NCBI RefSeq assembly: GCF_000018785.1
Contig: NC_010163.1
Span: 360,001 to 392,000 of the forward strand
Source: Acholeplasma laidlawii PG-8A
Lineage (GTDB): Bacteria > Bacillota_I > Bacilli_A > Acholeplasmatales > Acholeplasmataceae
Reading direction: 5' to 3'
DNA: 32,000 nt
Shown here: positions 1-8,411 of the stretch, piece by piece
How the letters are laid out: each line of letters starts with the position of its first letter
Position numbering within the stretch: position 1 is the first letter of the stretch
The notes under the pieces: model-generated
Told to the model about the DNA's origin: nothing
Databases searched by the model: none
Seen by the model: the letters and a program-made list of their open reading frames with translations, nothing else
Made by a program: the position numbers and the translations under genes

Positions 1-119
1 GCATCAGACAAATCATATTAGTTACCTTAATTAGTATTGTTATAGGCTATCTATCCAGTGCATTACCAGTCTTAAAAACAGCATCTAAAAAACCAATTGA
101 TGCGATCAAAAATAAATAA
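1..119 (+). CDS. ABC transporter permease, FtsX/MacB-type, C-terminal fragment (5' end lies outside the window)
   Basis: Frame 3 is open from the window edge to TAA at 117-119. The translation is IRQIILVTLISIVIGYLSSALPVLKTASKKPIDAIKNK. It shows a terminal hydrophobic helix followed by a K-x-P-I-D-A-I tail, which is typical of FtsX-family permease C-termini. Confidence 0.55.
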   Translation, partial: IRQIILVTLISIVIGYLSSALPVLKTASKKPIDAIKNK

Positions 120-130
120 GAAATGTAGTT

Positions 131-166
131 AAAGGTAATAATATGTTTTTATTACCTTTTTTTCTT
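131..166 (+). terminator. Rho-independent terminator after the permease fragment
   Basis: AAAGGTAATAA (131-141) pairs with TTATTACCTTT (149-159) around a 7-nt loop. A T-run follows (TTTTTCTTTT). Confidence 0.75.
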
Positions 167-183
167 TTGGATTATAACTTCCT

Positions 184-213
184 TTGACTTGAAGTTGGTA
201 TAAATTCTATAAT
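184..213 (+). promoter_or_regulatory. Sigma-A-type promoter candidate for the U32 gene pair
   Basis: TTGACT (184-189), 18-nt spacer, TATAAT (208-213). A GAAGAGG Shine-Dalgarno lies 8 nt before the ATG at 241. Confidence 0.55.
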
Positions 214-240
214 GTAACTATAGAATGAAGAGGCATACAT

Positions 241-1110
241 ATGAAAATACTTACAAATTTACATGATAAGAATAAGTTAGATGATTTACTCAAAGTAGCT
301 GATGGTATCATTTTAGGTGATGCTAAATATGCCAAAACACTTACTAGTGACTTTGGTAGTGATACTATAAACCTTATTGAAAAGATTTATGAAGCAAAAA
401 AAGAAGTTTTTGTTTTATTAAATAGAGTATTTACCGATAAAGAACTAGATTCCATTAAACCATATATTTTAAGTTTACCTGTGGATAAAATCACTGGTTT
501 TATGGGTGCAGACTTAGGTTTAATTGATACTTTTAAAACTTTAAATATAGAACATAAATTTATCTATAACCCTGAAACCTTACTAACAAATGATGAGGAT
601 TTTAATGATCTATCAAGTGAAGGTATTATGGGCGCATTTGTTTCTAAAGAAATTACTTTAGAAGACATTTTAGAAATTGGTCAACTAAAAAAATATAAGA
701 TGTTTTACTTTGGACATGGTCACATGTCCATGTTCTACTCAAAAAGACCGATGCTAAAAACATTTAATGACCATAGAGGTTTGGATAATTACTTGCATGA
801 TGATAAAACACTAACACTTACAGAAGAACGAAGACTTAACGAAGCATATCCTGTATTAGAAGACGATGCAGGTACGCATGTATTTCGTGGTACAGTCTTT
901 AATAGTTTCAAAGTGATTGAACCCCTAAAGACTGTTGTTGATTATTTTATTGTGGATACATTATTTATGGATGATGATTATGCTTATAAATTAATCCCAA
1001 TGTATAAAAATAACGACTTTGACTTACAACTTATCACCGATTATAAACAAACACTACATGATGGATTCTTATTTGATGAGTCTACAATTAAGGGAGAGAA
1101 AAATGACTGA
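241..1110 (+). CDS. Peptidase U32 family protein, short YrrN-like paralogue with a degenerate Cys motif
   Basis: 289-aa ORF directly upstream of a canonical U32 gene and overlapping it (ATGACTGA). The segment FYFGHGHMSMFYSKR aligns with the U32 signature but lacks both cysteines. The pairing mirrors B. subtilis yrrN-yrrO. Confidence 0.65.
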   Translation: MKILTNLHDKNKLDDLLKVADGIILGDAKYAKTLTSDFGSDTINLIEKIYEAKKEVFVLLNRVFTDKELDSIKPYILSLPVDKITGFMGADLGLIDTFKTLNIEHKFIYNPETLLTNDEDFNDLSSEGIMGAFVSKEITLEDILEIGQLKKYKMFYFGHGHMSMFYSKRPMLKTFNDHRGLDNYLHDDKTLTLTEERRLNEAYPVLEDDAGTHVFRGTVFNSFKVIEPLKTVVDYFIVDTLFMDDDYAYKLIPMYKNNDFDLQLITDYKQTLHDGFLFDESTIKGEKND

Positions 1111-2284
1111 ACTACTCGCTCCAGCTGGAGATTTAGATAAACTAAAGATTGCTATTATATATGGCGCAGATGCTGTATTTATTGGAGGTAAACAATTTAG
1201 TTTACGTGCCAATGCATCAAACTTTACAAAAGAAGATCTAATTGAAGGTTGTAAGTTCGCACATGATCGTGGCAAAAAAGTGTATGTTACAACAAACGTG
1301 ATACCACATCAAAAAGATAAAGAAGGCTTAATTGAATATTTAAAAATATTAGAAGAAGCTAAAGTAGATGCAATTATTGCAGCAAGTCCTTTAATTATTA
1401 ATACCGCTTTAAAACATACAAACCTAGAAGTGCATATTTCTACTCAACAATCAGCATTAAACGTCCCAACAGTAAACTATTGGTACAATAAAGGTGCTAC
1501 AAGGGTTGTTTTAGGACGTGATATTGATTTAAACGACATTGAACACATTACTAAACATGTAGACGCTGAAATCGAAGTATTTATCCATGGTGGTATGTGT
1601 GCAGGTTACAGTGGACGCTGTTCACTTTCTAACCACTTAACCAATAGAGATGCAAACCGTGGTGGATGTGCACACACATGCCGCTGGTTCTTTGAACTAC
1701 AAAAGAATGGAGAAATAGAAGCAGATATTCCATTTAGCATGGGTTCAAAAGATTTAAGTGCGGTTAAAGAAATTACTAGACTTATGGATATTGGTGTTTC
1801 ATCATTAAAAATTGAAGGCCGCATGAAATCACTACATTATATTGCAACAGTAGTAAATACGTATCGTCGTATTATTGATGAATATACTGAAACTGGTGCA
1901 ATCAAAAACTATGAACTTTATGAAGAAATGCTGAAAAATGCTGAAAATAGAGAAACATCTCATGGTTTCTTTTATGGACTACCTACTAAAGATCAACAAC
2001 TTTATGAAAAACGTAGTGAACGTGTGATGCAAAACTTTGTTGGGTTAATTCTTGACTATAACGAAGAAACTAAATATGCAACTGTTGAAACCAAAAACGT
2101 CTTTGTCTTAGAAGACTTAGAAGTATTTTCTCCTAAACACGCATCAAAGACCTTCTTAAATACTTCAATGATGAACTCCAATCAAGAAGTGATTACAAGA
2201 GCAGCACGTGCAAGAGAAAAAATACAAGTCTATATTCCGTTTAAAGTTGAACCATTTGATATGTTAAGAGCTAAAAGAACCTAA
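1103..2284 (+). CDS. Peptidase U32 family protein, YrrO/TrhP-like, probable RNA hydroxylation factor
   Basis: EVFIHGGMCAGYSGRCSLS is a near-perfect match to the U32 signature E-x-F-x2-G-[SA]-[LIVM]-C-x4-G-x-C-x-[LIVM]-S. I chose the start at ATG 1103 (MTELLAPAGD...), which follows the RBS AGGGAGAG (1091-1098). The track start at 1019 lies inside the upstream gene. Confidence 0.85.
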   Translation: MTELLAPAGDLDKLKIAIIYGADAVFIGGKQFSLRANASNFTKEDLIEGCKFAHDRGKKVYVTTNVIPHQKDKEGLIEYLKILEEAKVDAIIAASPLIINTALKHTNLEVHISTQQSALNVPTVNYWYNKGATRVVLGRDIDLNDIEHITKHVDAEIEVFIHGGMCAGYSGRCSLSNHLTNRDANRGGCAHTCRWFFELQKNGEIEADIPFSMGSKDLSAVKEITRLMDIGVSSLKIEGRMKSLHYIATVVNTYRRIIDEYTETGAIKNYELYEEMLKNAENRETSHGFFYGLPTKDQQLYEKRSERVMQNFVGLILDYNEETKYATVETKNVFVLEDLEVFSPKHASKTFLNTSMMNSNQEVITRAARAREKIQVYIPFKVEPFDMLRAKRT

Positions 2285-2360
2285 AACAAGTCAGGGCGAA
2301 AATGACTAAAATATTTACCTTCTATCCTATAATAGACTTATAAGGATAGGAGGTATTTTT

Positions 2361-2855
2361 ATGAAAACAATGAAAAACAAACCCATAACAGTTTTAGGGG
2401 AACCATTACAGATTGGTGATAAAGCACTCGACTTTATCGCTGTAGATAATAATTTAAATGAAGTATCATTTTTTGCTAATTTTAAAAAAGACTATACACT
2501 GATTAGCGCTGTACCTAGTTTAGATACATCTGTATGTGATATTCAAACACGTACAATTAATGAAAGATTATCGAGTTATAAAAACTTAGATTTTATTACC
2601 ATTTCTAATGACCTACCATTTGCACAAAAAAGATGGTGTGGCTCAAATGGTCTAGAAATCACAACTTTAAGTGACCACAAACTCTTGGATTTTGGTATGA
2701 AGTATGGTGCACTTATTAAAGAACTTAGATTACTTGCAAGATCTATTTTCGTTTTAGACCATCAAAGAAAGGTAGTTTATGTTGAATATTTAGATGAAAT
2801 GAGCAATCATCCGAATTATGATAAACTATTTAAATTTTTAGATACTGTACTATAA
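2361..2855 (+). CDS. tpx: Thiol peroxidase (atypical 2-Cys peroxiredoxin Tpx)
   Basis: 164 aa. SAVPSLDTSVCDIQTR carries the peroxidatic Cys and FAQKRWCG the resolving Cys. RBS is GGATAGGAGG. Confidence 0.9.
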   Translation: MKTMKNKPITVLGEPLQIGDKALDFIAVDNNLNEVSFFANFKKDYTLISAVPSLDTSVCDIQTRTINERLSSYKNLDFITISNDLPFAQKRWCGSNGLEITTLSDHKLLDFGMKYGALIKELRLLARSIFVLDHQRKVVYVEYLDEMSNHPNYDKLFKFLDTVL

Positions 2856-2960
2856 CAAAAAAAACAAGGGCAAGAAGATAACCATAATCTGTCAAAGAGC
2901 CTTTATAAAAATATGTAATTATGATAAAATACTATAGATAAATAAAGGAAGTGACCAAGG

Positions 2961-3917
2961 ATGGGTTTTTTCTCACGTCTGTTTAAAAAGAAACCAAAAA
3001 ATGATAAATATCAAATGGGTCTACATAAAAGTAGAAGTTCATTTGATAACTTAAAGAAATTATTAGATGAGTCTGATACGATTAATGATGATTTATTTGA
3101 TGCTATAGAAGATTTACTTATCTCTGCCGATATTGGTGTAGATACTGTTTTACATTTTACAAATGAACTTCGAAATGAAGTTATAAATAAACAATTTGAA
3201 AATCCAAGTGACTTAAGTGAAACGATTGTTGATAAATTATTTGAAATATATTTAAAAGATGAATTTGTAGATACAACATTAAGTTTTACAGAAGGCGAAG
3301 TCAATGTCTTTTTATTTGTAGGAGTTAATGGTGTTGGTAAAACAACTACTATTGGTAAACTTGCAAAACAATATAAAGACCAAGGTAAAAAAGTCTTAAT
3401 GGTTGCAGGTGATACCTTTAGAGCTGGTGCAATTGAACAACTTTATGAGTGGAGTAAGCGTGCCAAGGTAGATTTTTACCAAAAAGATGCTGGATCTGAC
3501 CCTTCAAGTGTCATATTTGAAGCACTAGAAAAAGCTAAAAAAGAAACATATGACCTTGTATTAGTCGATACTGCTGGTAGACTTCAAAATAAAGTGAACT
3601 TAATGAATGAGTTATCAAAAATGAAACGTGTCATTGAAAAAGCTCTACCAAGTCAACCTGCTGAAACATTACTGGTTATTGATGCAACTACTGGTCAAAA
3701 TGGTATGAATCAAGCAAAAGTGTTTAATGAAGCAACAGATCTAACTGGGATTGTTTTAACCAAGTTAGATGGTACTGCAAAAGGTGGTATTGTACTTGCG
3801 ATTAGACACTTATATAACCTACCAATTAAATATGTAGGCCTTGGTGAAAAAATTGATGATTTAGTACCATTTGATATAGAAGATTATATTTATAACCTAT
3901 TTAAAGGATTCTTCTAA
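2961..3917 (+). CDS. ftsY: Signal recognition particle receptor FtsY
   Basis: SRP-GTPase NG domain with G1 GVNGVGKTTTIGKLA, DTAGR and TKLDGTAKGG. It is the first gene of an ftsY-ylxM-ffh cluster. Confidence 0.95.
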   Translation: MGFFSRLFKKKPKNDKYQMGLHKSRSSFDNLKKLLDESDTINDDLFDAIEDLLISADIGVDTVLHFTNELRNEVINKQFENPSDLSETIVDKLFEIYLKDEFVDTTLSFTEGEVNVFLFVGVNGVGKTTTIGKLAKQYKDQGKKVLMVAGDTFRAGAIEQLYEWSKRAKVDFYQKDAGSDPSSVIFEALEKAKKETYDLVLVDTAGRLQNKVNLMNELSKMKRVIEKALPSQPAETLLVIDATTGQNGMNQAKVFNEATDLTGIVLTKLDGTAKGGIVLAIRHLYNLPIKYVGLGEKIDDLVPFDIEDYIYNLFKGFF

Positions 3918-4231
3918 TGGAAAACTTAGAAAAAACAGAATATTTAAATACACTTTATAGTTTTTATAGTGAACTATTAACGGATAAACAACAAGCTTAC
4001 TATACAAACTATTACCACATGGATCTAACCTTACAAGAAATTGCAGATATTTTTGATGTGTCTAGAAATGCTGTGCACACACAACTAAAAAATGTGGAAC
4101 AAATTTTAAATAATTTTGAGGCAAAATTAAAACTTGTTGAGACAAGCCAAAAAAGATCTAAACTATTAGATCAATTGGAATCAACAAAAGATTTAAAATA
4201 TATTGATGAGTTAAGAAAGTTGGATGAATAA
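3917..4231 (+). CDS. ylxM: YlxM/UPF0122 helix-turn-helix protein associated with the SRP operon
   Basis: 104 aa. The sigma-70 region-4-like HTH is LTLQEIADIFDVSRNAVHTQLK. It is coupled by TAATG overlaps to ftsY (3915-3919) and to ffh (4229-4233). Confidence 0.85.
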   Translation: MENLEKTEYLNTLYSFYSELLTDKQQAYYTNYYHMDLTLQEIADIFDVSRNAVHTQLKNVEQILNNFEAKLKLVETSQKRSKLLDQLESTKDLKYIDELRKLDE

Positions 4232-5634
4232 TGTCAAACTCGCTATCTGATCGCCTACAAATGTTTGTACGCCGTGCAACCGGTCGTGGGCGTTTAACTG
4301 AAAAAGATGTTGAAGAAATGATGCGTGAAGTACGTCTATCTTTATTAGAGGCAGACGTCAATTTTAAAATTGTTAAAGAATTTACTAATAATGTTAAAGA
4401 GCAAGCCCTTGGTGAAAAGATCTTAAACGGACTCAATCCTGGTCAACAAGTTGTAAAAATTGTGCATGATGAATTAAAACGTGTCATGGGTGAAGAGTCC
4501 GTAGGGCTTAATTACGCAAACACTGGTTTATCTACATTTATGACCATTGGTCTACAAGGTAGTGGTAAAACAACTGCTATTGGTAAAATGGGACTTTATA
4601 TTCGTAAAAAAGATAAAAAGAAAGTCATGCTTGTTGCTGCTGACGTTTACCGTCCTGCAGCCATTGATCAACTTGTTACAATCGGTAAAGGATTAGGCAT
4701 TCATGTCTATGAAGAAGGTATTAAAGACGCTAGAGTTATTGTTAAAAACGGTTTAAAGTATGCCAAAGATAACAATTATGATGTAGTGATTGTCGATACT
4801 GCAGGTCGCTTAACGATTGATGAAGACATGATGCAAGAATTAAAAGATGTTAAAGAAATCCTAAAACCTAATGAAGTACTTCTAACAGTAGATGCGATGA
4901 TGGGTCAAGAAGCTGCAAATGTTGCTAAATCATTCCATGATCAAATTGGTGCAACCGGCGTTATCTTAACTAAAATGGATGGCGATACGCGTGGAGGTGC
5001 TGCCTTATCTATTAGAGAAATATCTCAAATACCAATTAAATTCGCATCCAGCGGAGAAAAGATGGATAGCCTAGAAGCATTCCATCCAGAACGTATGGCT
5101 TCTCGTATTCTTGGTATGGGTGATATGTTAACGTTAATTGAAGAAGTGACATCAAATATCGATGAAGATGAAGCAAAATCCATGATGGAAAAGATGATGA
5201 GTGATTCATATAATTACTTAGATCTTCAAAAACAATTTAAAATGATTAAACGTATGGGTTCTATTTCAAAAATCTTAGGGTTCATTCCAGGACTAGGAAA
5301 AATGAAAGAAGCATTAAGCCAAGTAGATGATAAGCAATTTGATAGAATTAATGTCATCATCCAAAGTATGACAGAAGATGAAAGAAAATATCCTGAACTT
5401 ATCGATAAATCCTCTAAGCGTCGTCAAAGAATTGCTAAAGGTGCTGGAGTTGAGGTATCCGATGTCAACCGCTTAAGAGACTCACTCGTACAACAAAAAC
5501 AAATGATGAAACAAATGTCTAATATGGACGAAAAACAAATGGAGCGTTTAAGCAAGAACCCAAGCAGTTTCCAACCTAGTCAAACCAAGGTTAAAAAAGG
5601 AAAAGGTAAGGGTAAAGGCGGCTTTAGATTTTAA
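4231..5634 (+). CDS. ffh: Signal recognition particle protein Ffh
   Basis: GLQGSGKTTAIGK, DTAGR and TKMDGDTRGG motifs. A Met-rich M domain and a basic GKGKGKGG tail follow. Confidence 0.95.
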   Translation: MSNSLSDRLQMFVRRATGRGRLTEKDVEEMMREVRLSLLEADVNFKIVKEFTNNVKEQALGEKILNGLNPGQQVVKIVHDELKRVMGEESVGLNYANTGLSTFMTIGLQGSGKTTAIGKMGLYIRKKDKKKVMLVAADVYRPAAIDQLVTIGKGLGIHVYEEGIKDARVIVKNGLKYAKDNNYDVVIVDTAGRLTIDEDMMQELKDVKEILKPNEVLLTVDAMMGQEAANVAKSFHDQIGATGVILTKMDGDTRGGAALSIREISQIPIKFASSGEKMDSLEAFHPERMASRILGMGDMLTLIEEVTSNIDEDEAKSMMEKMMSDSYNYLDLQKQFKMIKRMGSISKILGFIPGLGKMKEALSQVDDKQFDRINVIIQSMTEDERKYPELIDKSSKRRQRIAKGAGVEVSDVNRLRDSLVQQKQMMKQMSNMDEKQMERLSKNPSSFQPSQTKVKKGKGKGKGGFRF

Positions 5635-5639
5635 ACATA

Positions 5640-5669
5640 AAAGGTAGTTTCCTTTAGGATTCTACCTTT
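5640..5669 (+). terminator. Weak hairpin after ffh, possible terminator
   Basis: AAAGGTAG (5640-5647) pairs with CTACCTTT (5662-5669). No clear T-run follows. Confidence 0.3.
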
Positions 5670-5680
5670 CATAATATAGG

Positions 5681-5715
5681 GATAAGTTTCCCACATTTTT
5701 TGTGGAAAACTTATC
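5681..5715. repeat. 15-bp inverted repeat between ffh and polA
   Basis: GATAAGTTTCCCACA (5681-5695), TTTTT loop, TGTGGAAAACTTATC (5701-5715). 14 of 15 positions are complementary. The 3' arm overlaps the -35 position of an extended -10 candidate, TGTTAAAAT (5726-5734). Confidence 0.7.
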
Positions 5716-5756
5716 TAGATAACTATGTTAAAATACATTTATAGAAGGGGTACAAT

Positions 5757-8399
5757 ATGAAAAAAATTACACTTGTAGACGGTAACTCGATACTTTTTAG
5801 AGCATATAATGCGACTGCATATCCAGGAGCTAAGGTCTTACAAACATCCACAGGTATTTATACAAATGCCGTTTTTGCATTTAGTGGTATGATCGATAAA
5901 ATTATTGAGATATCTAATTCACATATGCTTATAGCATTTGATACTGGAGAACCGACACACAGACATAAATCATATGATGATTATAAAGCAGGTAGAAAAG
6001 AAATGCCTGAGGAATTAGGTAGTCAAATACCTTTAATCCATGAACTTATTAAGTATCTTGGCATTAAAGAATACTCCATGGCTGGTTATGAAGCAGATGA
6101 CATCATTGGTACCCTTGCTAAAATGGCTGAAAAAGCTGGTTATAAAGTCGATGTCTTTTCATCTGATTATGACCTTTTACAATTAGTTACAGAACATATT
6201 ACTGTGCACATGTTAAAAAAAGGTATGCGTGTTGTAGAAACCTACACACCTGAAACTTTAAAAGAAACTTATGGTTTTTCTCATGAGTTATTTATTGATT
6301 TTAAAGCATTAGTTGGTGATAAATCTGATAATATTCCAGGTGTTCCAGGCGTTGGAGAAGTCACTGCTAAAAAGTTAATTGCTGAATATGGTACGTTAGA
6401 AAATATTTTAAATAATGCAGAACATATTAAAGGTAAGCTTGGAGAAAACATTCGTACAAACAAAGAACAGGCAGTTTTTTCAAAAGAACTCTCAACAATT
6501 CTAACGGATATGCCACTACCTTTTGATCTTGAAGATACAAAAGTTGGTGAAGTAGATGAAGAAAGCTTAATTAATTTTTATAAACGTCTTGAATTAAAAC
6601 AATTAGTGATATCTTATAATAAGAAAAATCCAGAAGTTGCTGCAACTACTGCCGAAACTTCTGAGTTTCAATATAAAGCAATTGATTCTGAAAATGCATT
6701 AAAATCTCTACTCAACCAAGATCTTGCAATTTACTTTGAATTTTCAGATTTCAATTACCACAAAGCTGAACTTTGGGGTGTTGGTTTAAGTAATGGAAAA
6801 ATCAATTACTTTGTAGATAGTGAAACGTTTTTAAATAGTGCCTCATTTAAAGCTTATTTAGAAAGTTCTAAATATAAAAAGTATACATATCACTATAAAG
6901 GTACAAAAGTATTTTTAAAGAAACTTGGTACCGAGTTTAATCATGTAACCTATGATTTACTTTTAGCTGCTTACTTAATTCAGTCCAGTATTGGTAAACA
7001 AGACTTTACCTTTATTGCGCAACAATTTCAAATCACGGATATTCAATATGATGAAGAAGTTTATGGTAAAGGTGCTAAAAAGGCCCTACCTTTAATTCCA
7101 TCAGACTATGAAGGTCATATAGCTAAAAAGGCGTATATCATCCATAAACTGATGCAACAAACACTAGATGTATTAACTGAACGTAACCAATTAAGTTTAC
7201 TAAATGATGTGGAACTACCTCTATCAGATGTCCTTGCAGATATGGAATATCAAGGTTTAACAGTTGACCTAAAAGAACTAGAAAATCAAACTAAAGATAT
7301 GTCTTTACGTATTGATAAATTAAGAACTGAAATTCTTTTGCTAGCAGGTGTTGACTTTAATGTCGATAGTCCTAAACAATTAGGTGATGTCTTATTTGAT
7401 ACCTTAGGTCTACCAAATGGTAAGAAAACTAAAACAGGATACTCTACAGGTATTGAAGTTTTAAACAACCTAATCGATCACCATCCAATTATTAACTTAA
7501 TTATTGAATATAGACAACTAACTAAACTGTATTCAACCTATTTAATCGGTATTAAAGAATCCGTATTTGAAGATAACCGTGTACACACCATTTATAATCA
7601 AGCACTAACCTTAACTGGTCGCTTATCAAGTTTAGAACCGAACTTACAAAATATTCCTATTCGTACAGAAGAAGGTAGACAAATAAGAAAATTATTTATT
7701 CCTGAACCTGATAGCTATTTTGTAGGTGCTGACTACTCTCAAATCGAATTACGTGTGTTAGCAGCTATGGCTGATGTTAAAAATTTAAAACAAGCATTTG
7801 AAGAAGATCAAGACATTCATACCGTAACAGCTCAAAAGGTATTCCACGTAGATACTGTCGATAGTGAACAAAGAAGACGTGCTAAAGCAGTTAACTTCGG
7901 TATTATTTATGGTATTGGACCATGGAGTTTATCTGAGGATATTGGTGTCACGGTGAAAGAAGCAGAAAACTTTATTAGCCGTTATTTGGAAGTATATCCT
8001 GAAATTAAAGATTACATGACCAATATCGTTGAGTTTGCTAAAACACATGGCTATGTTGAAACACTTTTAAATCGTCGCCGTTATATACCAGAACTATCCT
8101 CTAAAGTATTTAACTTAAGAGAGTTTGGTAAACGTACCAGTTTAAATGCGCCGATTCAAGGTACAGCAGCAGACATTATTAAACTCGCGATGATTGATTT
8201 ACACAACTATTTAAAAGATAATAAAAAGAAATCAAAACTTATCCTACAAGTACATGACGAACTCATCGTTGAGGTTGTTAAAGAAGAGTTGGATGAGATG
8301 AAAGAAGTCATACCAAACATCATGGAAAAAGCCTTTAATTTAGGCGTTAGACTGAAAACATCATGTGATGTTGGAAACAACTGGTATGAATTAAAATAA
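5757..8399 (+). CDS. polA: DNA polymerase I
   Basis: 880 aa with an N-terminal 5'-nuclease domain. Polymerase motifs are A DYSQIELRVLA, B RRRAKAVNFGIIYG and C QVHDELIVE. The Exo I position reads FEFSD rather than DxE, which suggests an inactive 3'-5' exonuclease as in Bacillus Pol I. Confidence 0.95.
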   Translation: MKKITLVDGNSILFRAYNATAYPGAKVLQTSTGIYTNAVFAFSGMIDKIIEISNSHMLIAFDTGEPTHRHKSYDDYKAGRKEMPEELGSQIPLIHELIKYLGIKEYSMAGYEADDIIGTLAKMAEKAGYKVDVFSSDYDLLQLVTEHITVHMLKKGMRVVETYTPETLKETYGFSHELFIDFKALVGDKSDNIPGVPGVGEVTAKKLIAEYGTLENILNNAEHIKGKLGENIRTNKEQAVFSKELSTILTDMPLPFDLEDTKVGEVDEESLINFYKRLELKQLVISYNKKNPEVAATTAETSEFQYKAIDSENALKSLLNQDLAIYFEFSDFNYHKAELWGVGLSNGKINYFVDSETFLNSASFKAYLESSKYKKYTYHYKGTKVFLKKLGTEFNHVTYDLLLAAYLIQSSIGKQDFTFIAQQFQITDIQYDEEVYGKGAKKALPLIPSDYEGHIAKKAYIIHKLMQQTLDVLTERNQLSLLNDVELPLSDVLADMEYQGLTVDLKELENQTKDMSLRIDKLRTEILLLAGVDFNVDSPKQLGDVLFDTLGLPNGKKTKTGYSTGIEVLNNLIDHHPIINLIIEYRQLTKLYSTYLIGIKESVFEDNRVHTIYNQALTLTGRLSSLEPNLQNIPIRTEEGRQIRKLFIPEPDSYFVGADYSQIELRVLAAMADVKNLKQAFEEDQDIHTVTAQKVFHVDTVDSEQRRRAKAVNFGIIYGIGPWSLSEDIGVTVKEAENFISRYLEVYPEIKDYMTNIVEFAKTHGYVETLLNRRRYIPELSSKVFNLREFGKRTSLNAPIQGTAADIIKLAMIDLHNYLKDNKKKSKLILQVHDELIVEVVKEELDEMKEVIPNIMEKAFNLGVRLKTSCDVGNNWYELK

Positions 8400-8411
8400 A
8401 GGAGAAGTACT

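Noticed and set aside
1019-1102. The ORF track extends the second U32 gene upstream to 1019 (MTYNLSPIINK...).
   Set aside because: The extension lies wholly inside the upstream U32 gene in another frame. ATG 1103 has a strong RBS (AGGGAGAG) and gives the conserved N-terminus MTELLAPAG. The same reasoning trims the track starts at 10943 (to 10976), 14148 (to 14166), 18645 (to 18660), 20015 (to 20087), 21764 (to 21818) and 28981 (to 28990).
2321-2350. Small hairpin (TATCCT/AGGATA) overlapping the tpx RBS, possibly a translational regulator.
   Set aside because: The stem is only 6 bp with an AT-rich loop. It is too weak and unremarkable to support a regulatory claim.
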